From: Asterias rubens
Lineage: Eukaryota
NCBI RefSeq assembly: GCF_902459465.1
Contig: NC_047073.1
Location: 13,268,001 to 13,332,000 of the forward strand
DNA length: 64,000 nucleotides
Direction: 5' to 3'
Of this stretch, positions 12,869 to 25,248 are shown piece after piece. The notes beneath the pieces were generated by a model. That model was given only the letters and a program-made list of their open reading frames with translations, was not told the DNA's origin and searched no databases. Each line of letters opens with the position of its first letter. Positions within the stretch are counted from its first letter, which is position 1. Both the position numbers and the translations under genes were made by a program.

Positions 12869-13058
12869 TAGACCGATTCATTAAGATCCGCCCCATTGCG
12901 TATTGACTAATCACAACGCAACGAAGGTCCGACAAATAAAGTCCGACATGCGTGCGCGTATGCTTGGCATGCGCGGCAGTTGTGCAGAAAGGAATTGGAG
13001 AGGCTCACGTGTTCTTGCTCACTCGTGCGTCGTGGGCGGAGCCTAATGGATCGGTCTA
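12869..13058. mobile_element. ~190-bp MITE with ATAGACCGAT(T/C)CATTA ends
   Basis: ATAGACCGATTCATTAAGATCCGCCC and GGGCGGAGCCTAATGGATCGGTCTAT are reverse complements. Confidence 0.7.
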
Positions 13059-14928
13059 TAGCGCCATCACTGATGCAAATGAAAACACATTTATAATGCA
13101 CCACGTGTCAGAAAGACACTCCTAGCGCAGGAGCGATGCAGAAGCAAGTTGGCTTACATTGAGTTAAGTAGATGACATTTTATGCAAGAATTGGATTTTT
13201 AACCGAGTTTTGAAGATGGTACAAGTGGTAACTTGTGGGAGGGGGGGTGTGCACCCCATAAGTGGCCAGAGTGCGAGGAGAACTCGGGGAAAATACTGAG
13301 TATACAGTGTTAACACACATCGCTGCATATGAATAAAAACCAAAATTAATATTCTTTATTCCCATCTATTAAATTTGTTGGGAAAAACAAAAACACAAAG
13401 GTGTTCGAACACAACTGTTAACCTAACCCAAATTAATGTTTTCTAAATCCATTTGCAAATTAGTGAAATTACATGCACCTCAGAACTCAAAACAGACAAA
13501 CAAGACATACATGTGTTGCCCAGACAAATGTTGACCACATAAACACCAAAACTCAATTTTACTAAACTGCTTTAATGACTTCACAAACCTTAATAAAATC
13601 TTTCAAATTAATCATACACATTCAATCCATTAAATCACTCAAACTAATAATTATCACAAACTCACTTCAAAGAGGTCTAACTTCAACAATAATGTAATAT
13701 GCAAATTCAGACTGGATAGTTTCATCAAATTTGACTTCTGAATGAACAACAAAAAACCCAAACTTGTTTGATTGTGTTCATAAAAATATTTTTTCAGCAT
13801 AAAAAAGTGTTACACAAACCAATTTAACAGTTTTATAATTGAATTCATCATTGTGTCATTGGAAAAAGTTGTATTTCCCAAAATGGCATTTTTATTACAT
13901 GCGCGTTTGATGTCAAACACACAAGTATGCACCGAAACAAAGAGTTTCTGCACATAGCGCAAGATACATTTTTGCAAATTCGAGGTACAACATTTTTTTC
14001 ACTCCGAAGACTTAGTGAGAAGAACTTTTCAGCATCAGAATTTTTGCTGAAACTAGATGTGAAAAATATTGTAAAATACAAATATTATTATATTTTTGTA
14101 AGATAAACTCATGAGATCAATGGAGCTATTTGTTTCAAATTTGAGGTTGACACGTTTTTGAGAAAACCTTCATAAATCTGTAAGAATATTGCCTAATTTA
14201 CAAGTAACATTTTTGTAAGTATAGTAAACACAAATTTCTGAAGCAAGCTTCAGAGAATACCAATTCACTAAATTTCTGAAAAAGTATATCAAACAAGCTT
14301 ATGTGATGTCATCCTCCTTGGGGAAACAATATTAATGAAAATTGCAAATTAGATGTTGAAGAAAAAAGTTAGCTGTAGTTATTCAACATTTAATATATCA
14401 GTCAAAAAAACAACTCAACAAAATCATGTGAATGAGGTTTCAGGTATAACTTTTGTGTTTTACTTTCAATAAGTTTTACATAGCACAGTAAATGACCGCA
14501 TACCCAAACTAACTTGACATGAGAGAAAATACTATCTTGTGGTTATGAAAATATTGCATGGTTGGTAAAACTTCAGCTCAACAGGAACTAGTTTCATCAA
14601 AATGTTAATCCAAATCAAACTTGAGACTGCCTTGGTGAGGTCTATCAAACTAGAGCTGGTAACCATATGCAAACAATACACATCAAATGACAAACTAGCT
14701 GGTAAAGTTTTTAGGAAGCAAAACATTTCTCTGCTTTTTCATTTTGTACGCTAAGTAGCTTTATGAAAGTATCCCAAGTGACGATCAGTTTAAGAGGTCT
14801 GTGTGAGATGTCTGGAAGAATTTATCCCCATAGATGGTCAGGTTTAACGGGTCAGTGTGAAGAGTCTTGAAGATGATCCAACAACAAGACGCTAATCAAG
14901 TGAAGTAACTACAGGCAGGATATTCACA

Positions 14929-17900
14929 TCATTTTACATTCTTGAAGATCTTATCAGCAGACTGAAATAAAGAATAATACATAAACATTCAGTTTGGAAC
15001 AACGAAGGAAACGGCACGAGTAATGGTTTATTTTTTTAACACAACTTGGTTTTCATTTGTGTAAAAGACATGTCCAAAATGGTGGCTATGGCTTAAGCTG
15101 GATCACCATGTCAACATGCATTGATGTATAAGCTTCCCTTAGCAACAGCTAGAGCCAAAGCTACTAATTTGTACTCAATTTGAGCCAGGGCTCGAATTTG
15201 GGGAAAAAATCCACAAGACCGCAGGGCTTGTTGCTCAGAATTTTTACTGGACCGGAAGATTTTTTACAAGACCAAAATTTTATTAGGAAAACAAAAAGTT
15301 CACACGATAGAACAGCAGGCCTTTTTAATCCCTTAGGAGGCTTTTTTTTTGCTGTGAAACCCAATCAATAAAGTTCCATATACCTACTTCACGTCATTCT
15401 CGTCGCCTCAAAAAATAAATTCTGATTTGACAGGCAAATCACCAACAAAACACTGCAACGCGCAGCATTCATAAGAAGATCGTCATAAAAAGAACCAAAA
15501 ATTTGACAGCAGTAGTCAGAAGCTCATCACTGTTGGTAGCCATACTTAGCAAGACGTTTGGCAACAAGACCTTACTTTTAATCCATGCAACACAGGGATG
15601 TGTGGTATTGCAACCAGACCTTCTTAATGCAAATTCAACACTCCTTTGTAAGGTATCAGACTTTACACATGGTCAGTGGTAAACAAACATCGCTGTACTA
15701 AGGTGTGCCGCCGCGCCGGGTACCAACACATCACTCCCTCGTCCCCGCTCGCTCACTCCCCGGGTGCATAAACATAAATGGTTTGAGACTAGATGTACAA
15801 GGTGTGGGCATGAGTAAACTGAATGGAAAACTTGTATGCAGCCTGATGAACGTGAAAAAAGGACGGATTGACGTTCCGCAGGCAGGCTCAGAACACTGAT
15901 TTGACGACAAGTAAAACAAAAACTTTTATTTTAAATGAGATTGAAAAACATTTTTTAATGAAAGATAATATATTTCATATAATTATTTGTAATAGTAACT
16001 ATATTAGTATGCATACAAAAAACACAAGACCGCTGGACTTGTTCGGCATAAAGTTTACTGGACCGAAGCTAAAATCACTGGCCTCGGGCCTGCGGTCCAG
16101 CGTGAAACTCGAACCCTGTTGACCTACATGTACACATGGTGTAGGCTCCAATAGTAGACTTTTCATGCCTCGTAAATAACAGTTTTCTGATTTGTCCCAA
16201 GGGAAAAATAAACAAATCTGGAGAACAGACTGAAATAGGAAAAAATGTCATGCCTGCTTAAATGTACCCCAGCCTGAGAGGCTTTCATTATAATACACAA
16301 ATTTAACCTGAATACTCACACAATGATCCACACAGTGGATGAAGTCAAACAGCTCCTGCGTACATGTCTCTTCTGTTTTACTACGACTAGAGACCCTATC
16401 GGTGCAGACCGCCAGCTCTTCCTTCAATGCTTCACAGTGATGACCCTCACGACACTCCTCCAATATGCCATCTCTGGGATCCTGGTAGGGGTACGACAAA
16501 GCAAAATGCAGAATACATGAAATCATGGCATTATTTATATATAAAAGCAGGACAGTACATTTAGAACTGAGAAGTCTCCCGAACATCCAATAAATCTACT
16601 CCGCAGTAGTAGAATAAAGAACAAACTCTACCTGGCAAGTAGATACACACATGGAGTTACCACAATCCAAAAATATATATTAATACCTCACCATGCAATG
16701 CCTCAAATCCTACAAAGTCAACTTGTTTTCAATAACCGCAATTACTATGCCATAGATCATGTGGGCCAATCGGCGCCATCAATCGATTGACAAAAAAAAT
16801 TACAATTGACAACATACGCAGTTTATGATTTAGTTACTAATTCCGGATCCAACGTGGCATCAACATGGTACAATACTATTTGTAACATGTTGGATATGTT
16901 CCGACCATCCCAACTTGACATTCATCCATCTTCCCAAAGTTGAGACGCCCCAATTTTAACATTCAAGTTTGGACCAGTCACAACAACTTTAGGAACAGAT
17001 TTCAATAAAACCCTCTATTTCTAATCTCACCACAAGATCTTCTTCATCCTCCTCCTCCTCTTCTTCTTCTTCCTCCTGCAAAAAAAAAAATCAAAATAAA
17101 AGAATGATTTAACTTGACACTCTGTGTCTCTGGTAATATTTATGTCCCTCCTGTTCATTCATATCGGATTTTGAATAATACTCAACCGGGGAATGTGGGT
17201 TGCACTGCAGTACCTAGTGTAGTAGTAGCTACTACTAAAAAGCGGGGCATTTTTATTTACGAGTATTAATTATGTCACCCAGACCGCACTTGTCATGTAG
17301 AGATGTTTTAAAAATGACTTCACAAAACAGACGTAAACTTAATGGCACTCTCGCCGCAGTAATCGGAGTAAATCAGTCTGACTTGTACAAATTCAATTTT
17401 TTTTTTTTGCAATTGATCAAATCGTTATTAATATTATTAATTACTAAGTTGTTGTGTGAGGGAACTCGTGAGCGAGTGGAGGGAACAAGACACAGTTTTT
17501 CAACGCATTGACCAGTGAGCGAACAGCTTCATTTCAAGAGAGGGCGCTGTTGAACCCACACAGAGATAGGATTGCGTGCGCCACCGTGCATGACAACATC
17601 ACTGCCTACCAATATTGTGAATCACAATCAGGTGCAGTGCTCAATCTCGTTAACGCTATGAATATGATAATTTAGTTATTATATGAACACAAGCCTTCCA
17701 TTCCAAGGAAAAGAAAGTTATTTATGAGAATGTAACTTGTGAACAACTGGAAAACATTGCTGTATTATTCAAAACATATTTCCCACCATATTTCCCAAGC
17801 TGTATCCCACCATCCAGCAACTTTTTAATTTGTGATGAAATTTGTCTGCTCGTCGTATTTCGTAACAAGTCAAATGAGATATTGCTTTTGATAAAAATGA

Positions 17901-18258
17901 TTGAATAACTATAAGTAAGTGGGGGCAGGACACGGAAACATTTCCCAGTTTCATGCACTGCTAACCACAATGTTAACCAATATTAACATAACTTATAAGT
18001 CCGACTGTTACAAATTACCCCCCCCCCCCAAACTCAACTGGGATTTTTTTTATTTTAACAAAAATTACATAATCGAAACTCAAGCTAAATCCCACGCAAA
18101 TGTTACGTAATAAACCGCTTTTAAAAAGCAAGCTATTTGAAGTAAGTACCCTTAAAAACGTATTAGTTGATAAATAAACAGTGATATATTTCTTTGAAAA
18201 GCAGAAATTGTACCTCAGGAGGATCGTTCTCGAACAGTCTTTCGTCGTCGATCGCCAT
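14929..18258 (-). CDS. UQCRH: Cytochrome b-c1 complex subunit 6 (hinge protein), 94 aa, 4 coding exons
   Basis: Exons 18258-18214 (MAIDDERLFENDPPE), 17075-17031 (EEEEEEEEEDEEDLV), 16481-16320 (DPRDGILEEC...CTQELFDFIHCVDHC), 14961-14929 (SADKIFKNVK*). All phase 0, GT-AG. Confidence 0.95.
15186..16118. mobile_element. ~930-bp non-autonomous element with CAGGG(C/T)TCGA ends in UQCRH intron 3
   Basis: Starts CAGGGCTCGAAT and ends ACTCGAACCCTG. Subterminal TTTACTGGACCG occurs near both ends. No transposase ORF recognised. Confidence 0.55.
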
Positions 18259-19004
18259 TTTGCAGATGTAGTAACTGCAATATCTAACCGGTATCTGGTG
18301 TTGTTAAAACGGTGTATCCGATTGGTCAAAAGTGCCAACAGACTATTATTCTGACCAACCATACTAGCTGTTCCATGTAACCAAAAAGTTGAGGCAAACG
18401 TGCTTTTGCTCGGGTCGTCGAATGATGGCGCCCTTCTTCAAATTGAGAGTAGGAAAAAATGTTGGTGGGGGTCGGGGGGGGGGGGGGGGGGAATTCTGGC
18501 AGCCCTTTACAAATTTGGTTCTCTGGAAGAGTTAGTCTTCGGGTGATGTACACATTAGGATAAATTTAACTCTTAATACACAGGGATCAAGAGTGAAGCT
18601 CTCAATCATGTCAATTTGCTTTTTGAGAGTAATTTTGTTTTTGTTTTAAGAACAAAAAGGGCTGTGCATGTTTAATTAAAACATCGTTCTTGACAAACTA
18701 AAACTAAGGACTTACTCAGTTCAAATAACTGCAACTGTGGGACATAAAGCAAGTCCACATTTTATGCCAACACAAAACAGTTCAAACAGTTCCTATAGCA
18801 TCGTACATGTATAGGGAAGGGGAAGTGGCCAATATTTACATGAAAGCCGTAAAAAAATGTGTCCAAAATAAGTGACAAGTTTCAAAAGTTCAGATTTTCT
18901 TTTTAAAGGCACATGTGTCGATTTCACAAAGAGTTAGGACAAGTCCTAGGAGATACAAAAGACGTACGAATTGTACTCGTCTCAACTCAAGATAAGACAA
19001 GTCT

Positions 19005-19390
19005 TTAAGACAGTGGACACTGGTAATTGTCAAAGACCAGTCTTCTCACTTGGTGCATCTCAACATATGCATACAATAACAAACCTGCGAACATTTGAGC
19101 TCAATTGGTCGTCGGAGTTGCGAGATAACTATGAAAGAACAAACACCCTTTTCACACAAAGAAGTGTGCTTTCAGATGTTTGATTTCGGGACCTAAAAAA
19201 TCTAATTCTAAAGTCTCAAAATCAAGTTTGTAGAAAATAATTACTTCTTTCTCGGAAACTACGTCACTTCAGAGGGAGCCGTTTCTCACAATGTTTTATA
19301 CTATCAACCTCTCCCCAATACTCGTTACCAAGTAAGGTTTTATGCTAATAAATTATTTTGAGTAATTACCAATAGTGTCCACTGCCTTTA
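19005..19390. mobile_element. MITE, dominant TTAA/AGG family
   Basis: AGACAGTGGACAC...TTACCAATAGTGTCCACTGCCTTTA with the family interior. Confidence 0.8.
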
Positions 19391-20756
19391 TCTCTTTGTG
19401 AAAACCACCCCTGGACACACTGGTTCTTACTCTAAATAAGTGCAAATGTTCACAGATTTCTTATTTATGATTTCTTACATACACCAAGTGAGAAAACACA
19501 ATGTACAAATATTACCCAAAAAACGCATTCTGTGCCTTTAAATGAAAATGCAATGTGATAAAATATCCCCTTTGAGCTGACAAAAAATTAAATTGAAACA
19601 AAAACGTTGTTCACAATTAACTTGGTTTGCTGGCAGCTCACTTTTATTACTCTTTTGTATAAACACTATACACATTTCTCGGCAACATAACTAAGTTTTT
19701 AGTTTTTAAAAAAGATCTTTTTACAAATATCTGAATACAAAGTACCTTTTTTGTACAGAAGCGAGATCGAGAAAAGTTAAAATATTAACATAAGAAGCTA
19801 TAAAATTGACTGTTTTAAGCTGAATTATGAGCTGTGCACTTTCTTTGCACTGTGGCACTAGAAGGAATTTAAGTGTGAAACTGTTAAAAATGTTTAGTGA
19901 AGAACTTATAAAATTTATGTTCAGATACAACTCTATCTGCAAATCGTCTCCAAACATTTGCCATAAAATAAAATTACTGTACAAGCATGGAATTGTCTTC
20001 TGAATAAAATCCCCCGGTGTAAATGGTCATAATATAGGCAGGTTATTGAACATTCATCATTTTTGTTTTTTCAAAGTGCATTTTAACTGGTAATTAAAGA
20101 ACATGCAGCCAGCATGCAGTAGCTTGGTTCGCGATTAATATTATGATGGGCCTACAGAGCAGTTCTCTGTATTAAATATTGCTATATAACAGTTACAACA
20201 ATAAAGACGCATAGTATTTCATTAATGTGGCACTGAACAGATAAAAAGCCCAATAGAGTAAGCAGAAATTGATAAAACTTTTCACATTAAAAAAAACCCA
20301 GATAGAAATATTTTGTGATTGACACAAAATTTGTGTAACCAACAGACATAATTTCTAACCAATTTATGTTTACTTCTATAAAACATTATGTAGATTTTAC
20401 ATAACATTATGCTTCATAGGCATGATAATGGTTCTTGGTAAAAAGTGGGAATATTTTATAGAGTACAAGACCGACTGGTGTAGGCTCTCATAGAAATTTC
20501 AGACTATTCAATCACAATTTTATTTTACAAGATTTTTCAGGGCAGAAAACAATCGGAAACAAGACCAAGTAAGAATTAATAACATCAAGCCTGGCATCAC
20601 AATGATCTTTTTTTCATGAAACAAAATGTGAGGAAATTTAAAAATTGTGAAATGGATTGCTGACCAACAATCTTGGTTTGTAATCAATGCATAATCTATC
20701 TGCCTCGCTGGTTCTCTTGGGCGAGCAAACACTTCCTCTAAATATTTGTCCTTCTT

Positions 20757-23700
20757 TTATCGGATGCTTTGTCTGAGTTTGAGTGTACCCGACATGGCTT
20801 TTGGGTCTCGGGGCCCCTTCTTTGCGGATTTCCCGTGAGTTTCACTCTGGAAACACTTCCATAGCCTCAGAGTCTCATCTCCTGCAGCTGTAGCCACTGT
20901 CGACCCATCAGGACTCATGCACATGTGAAGAATACGTGACGTATGACCTACAAGGATAAAAAGGGTGGACAAATAATTACCTTTTGCTCAAAAGAAACAA
21001 TTGGGATATGGGTAAAACAAAACGTTATTCTTCATCCCCAATGCAAATTTAACATTAAATCCTGGTTCATACAAATTGTTGACGTCACAGGGCTGTTTTC
21101 GCAGTGAATGTTTTGTAAAAAGTTGAACACAAGTCAACTGATGCAAATTGTTCATTGCGATTACTGAGGTAACAGTTTGTGTTACATTCACATGAAGTGT
21201 GAACCACGCTTCATTTGTTGTGGTACCAACTGCAAAAGATTTTAGTATTCTAATGCCTTTAGCTAGCCTAGGCAATCCCGGTGGTCTAGTGGAAAGACAT
21301 GCTCTAGAATGGCAAAGGTTTTGGGTTTGAATCCCACCCGTGAAATTTGCCAACATATTTTTTTTTTCTTTTTTCACAGGACTCAGGAAAAGCACCCAGT
21401 ATACAGTGGTTTACACATCAGTGTATGGGTAAAACAAAATAATATTTGAAAACATGTGTTTGCATAGCTTAAAGGTTAGCTTTTCATAAAAGTGAATCCT
21501 CAGAGAAATCACAATTGTAAAAGTTAACAGGGCAACATTTTCTTCATTTAGTTTGTTTACGCTTTATTAAGCAGCTCTATAGAATTTCAACCAGGTCACA
21601 AAGAACCTTGCTTTCGTTTAAAAAGTTGTATGACGATTTCTAAGCCCAAAATTTAATTAATGAAGGGGGACAGAAATTTTCCTTTGGCCAATAGCTTTGG
21701 AGGAAAATTTAAATTTGTATTGGAAATTTGCAATTGCTGTGGGTTCCGTGGGCTATTTCGAGACCGTCATTTTCTGATGAATAGACCTACCGAGGAGTTC
21801 AGCTGTTCTTGTCATTGCTGGGTACTTCCAGATGACGAGTTGATTCTGAGCGTAGCCGTGGGCCGACACCAACTCCCGATACTCTTTGGACCAAAGAACT
21901 GAACAGACCTATCACAATGAAAACAAAATGTAAACAAATCATTAGTTGTAAATAAATAATAATGGAGACGGTGACACTCCTGGTGCAGAGAATAAAATGA
22001 CATTTGAGATATATACAAATAAACAGAAGACGGTAACAACATATTTTTCAAAAGAGACGAGTTTTGAGGGTTTATTGGGAGGTAGAAAGTCTCCTTTAAA
22101 TCAGTTTGATGGGTATTTTTAATAATTCAATCATCTGAAGGAATAACCTCAAATACAATGTACGTGACTCTTGTCAAAACAAGATCGCTGGAACTGGCCA
22201 TAATTACCTCTTTATATCATGAACAGCAAAACAAAGAAACAAACAGCAGAAAAAGAGTATCAGGATTTCAGAATGTACTCTTTATTGACGATGTGACCTA
22301 TGTTTACATTAAAACTGCCCTCTGTTGAAAAAACACCGTATACGTCATGTTTCGCCGGGCAAAAAGACTTGTAGTCATGGTAAGATTGCATACACTTTTT
22401 AGCTGGCTGCCAAAACACAAAGGTTTTGCCCGGCGGTATGCGCGCGAATCGTGTTATGGTTGCCGTGTGACGTCAGAGGTCGCATCGTCTATAAGCGGAA
22501 CCTTGTTATAACAGTACTCTTTATAATGAGTGTTGACTGTGTATAACAAACAAATAAATATGAAAAAATAAAATACCTGTGATTTAGTGTCGATGCTGTT
22601 CAGGCAGTTGCCGTTGCTGACATTCCAGAAGCGCAGGAATCTATCTGCAGTGCCACCCCCACTCACTAGTACACTTGGCTGCCAGGGACACCACGCTAGA
22701 GCCTAGAGAGAAAAAAAAACCACAAACAGAGTCAGATTTTAATTTTAATTTGAATGTGAACTTCATTTCATATGTAGGATTTGAAAATTTGCAGGGTGGA
22801 AATACGACACCATGTAATGACTATCTCCGAGTTAGGGTGGTTCTGAAAAGAAAAAAAAAACGTTGGTTTCAACTCGACGTTTAGATCAGTATGCTCTGAT
22901 CGTCTTCTGGAGAACGCTATTTCATTTCATATGTCACTTCAGAAATAGTCCCAATAAACAGTAAGCCCATATGCATATAATGTGCATTATCGGCGGGCAA
23001 AACATTTTGGGTGAAATGAGAGTCAAAGCAACACTCAGCAAACCAGTTTGATAATTGTTGACACCCCGATAAAGTAAGAGTTAGGAGACCATGTGCATTT
23101 AAGGTGGTAAATCATTTGTTTTTGAAAACGTTGGATTGCTTAAATTCTATGTAAATGTAGATGTACTAAAAAATATTAATTTCAAAAGGTGGTCGCTTTT
23201 TTAAAATATCCTTGAAAATCCGGAATGGATGTTATTGTAGGTACAGTTTCCCTTTTACAAACTACATTACTTTGAAGTGAAATGTTTCTCAAATTGCTAA
23301 ATACTATCAAACACTGCTGTAGGCTTTTATTGCCATTAATTTTCAAGATTCCCTTTAAATGATAGCACTGACCTTAACGGCAGCTTGGTGCTGGGTGAAT
23401 GTATGAATCGCTTTAGATGGGTCTCCGTGTGTTGCTGAAGGCCAGATGTTTAAGAGGTTGTCATTTCCCCCACTGGCAAGGTACCGACCATCCGGAGCCC
23501 ACTTGAGCCCACACACCTCTTGGGTATGCCCAGCTAGGCTAGCTATCTGATGGTTCTGGACTCGTACATCATGGTGGTGGATAGCTCCTGATCGTGAACC
23601 ACTGCAGAGATAAATCAATGGTGCATACTTGTAAAATGGGACTTTTAAATGGTACAAAAATGAGATGGGATTAAGTTAACCATAACAACATACGAGACAA

Positions 23701-25215
23701 TTAAAGTCAGGGGCATCATTGAACAAAAAGGAGATCAAATGGAGATGGGCAGGCCACCTGTCAATGGTCCAAGACAACAGGTGGCCCAGACGAATGACAT
23801 AATGGCAGCCAAGAACAGGCAAGAGAAAGAGAGGTTGGTAAAGGGCACCCAATGAGGAAAAAGTTAAACCATTGATACACTTTCAGAAAACAATCAAAAC
23901 AATCAATTATGGTTTTATATAACGGGGGAAGTGGAGGAAGCGACAACTTGATTACTTGTCAATTATTTCTGTAATATTGTGTTTCGTCGGATATCTTAAA
24001 AATGGGAGACTTTGGAACGCTATGTGGCAGAAGACTTACCAAGTAAGTTCCCATTCGTATTTCTAAGCATGCACACTTTAACGAGAACACTGGATTTACC
24101 TGGTATGTCTACTGCCACCTTAGCTCCCAAAAATGTCCCATTGCTCAAGTTTTATTTTAAGTTAAGAGATCTTACCTGCTGAGGATGTAGCTATTCCAGG
24201 CAAGTGAGCCAACTCTAGCAGCATGACCGGTCATGTTCCGTAACCTCTTAGTGGCAGTAACATCCCACAGCTGCAAACGAAAAAAAAAAAAAGGTAACTG
24301 TAACTAGACATTTCGGTTTTGTTAATTTACAAAAACAACATGTTCGTGAGTGATGTCATCAAGTTATGATTGAATCAAGACTTTGGTGTCTACATTTTCC
24401 CTTTTCAATCCAATGTAAACCCAAACGCTACGGCCAGAGAGTGAAATTTTGTAGGGACACCAAGACCAAGTAGGAAACACTTAGCACAAAAACTTGCTAA
24501 ACACAGAAAAATCTTACTTATCAGAAACTTGTTACGAGTTAAAACTCCATAAGCTTTACATTCTTGCAACAGGTGACCTACTCATGCGTTGCATAGCAAA
24601 GAAATATGCTAAGCATTATTTTCTGCTTAACAGCTTTATGAAATTGGACCCAGGGCAACAGAGGCAATGTCCTACGTCCGCCCAAATGGCCGTTCCTAAG
24701 ACAGAAGGACAGTGACAGCTTACCTGAACCTCCCCTGTGCTGGTCCCAACGGCCAGGAAATTGCCTTCCTGTATCCAAGACACGGAGCAGACGTACTCTT
24801 CCTGACCCTCCAGCTGCATGAGGTGATTGATACTACCCGAGCTGGCGTCCCACAGGTACACGTTATTGGCTAAGGCTACGGCGAGATGATTGTTCCTACT
24901 CCAGTCTATCAGATTCAAATCTGCAAATAATAATAATAATAGTGGCGTCTTCTATAGTGTGCATATCCAGGACACTCAGTGACGCTCAAGGAGCTTTAAC
25001 ATATATTTTCCTGCAAGATATGTGGGACTAGGTTTGGATTATGAGACCTACTACTTCTACAAGGTGCTGTAGCGCAATGTGCTGCCAATCAAACCAGGAA
25101 CACCGGGATGACTCCCTTCACAATAAGTGCACTGGGTTCCTCTTACGTGTGTTACACATCTACAGGACCACTGGCTTTATGTCGCATCCGAAGGACAAAG
25201 CATCATATCCGGTGG

Positions 25216-25248
<33 letters not shown>

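Noticed and set aside
17596-17642. Hairpin with AGGCAGUG (miR-34/449-like seed) in UQCRH intron 1
   Set aside because: The seed is on the 3' arm, the stem is short and irregular, and the remainder does not resemble miR-34. No mir-34/449 hairpin was seen in the CDC20 introns either, apart from what the N gap may hide.
18465-18492. Poly-G run upstream of UQCRH as a G-quadruplex regulator
   Set aside because: Similar G/C homopolymers occur elsewhere (e.g. ~8100, 30364, 49245) and such runs are error-prone; nothing specific supports a function.
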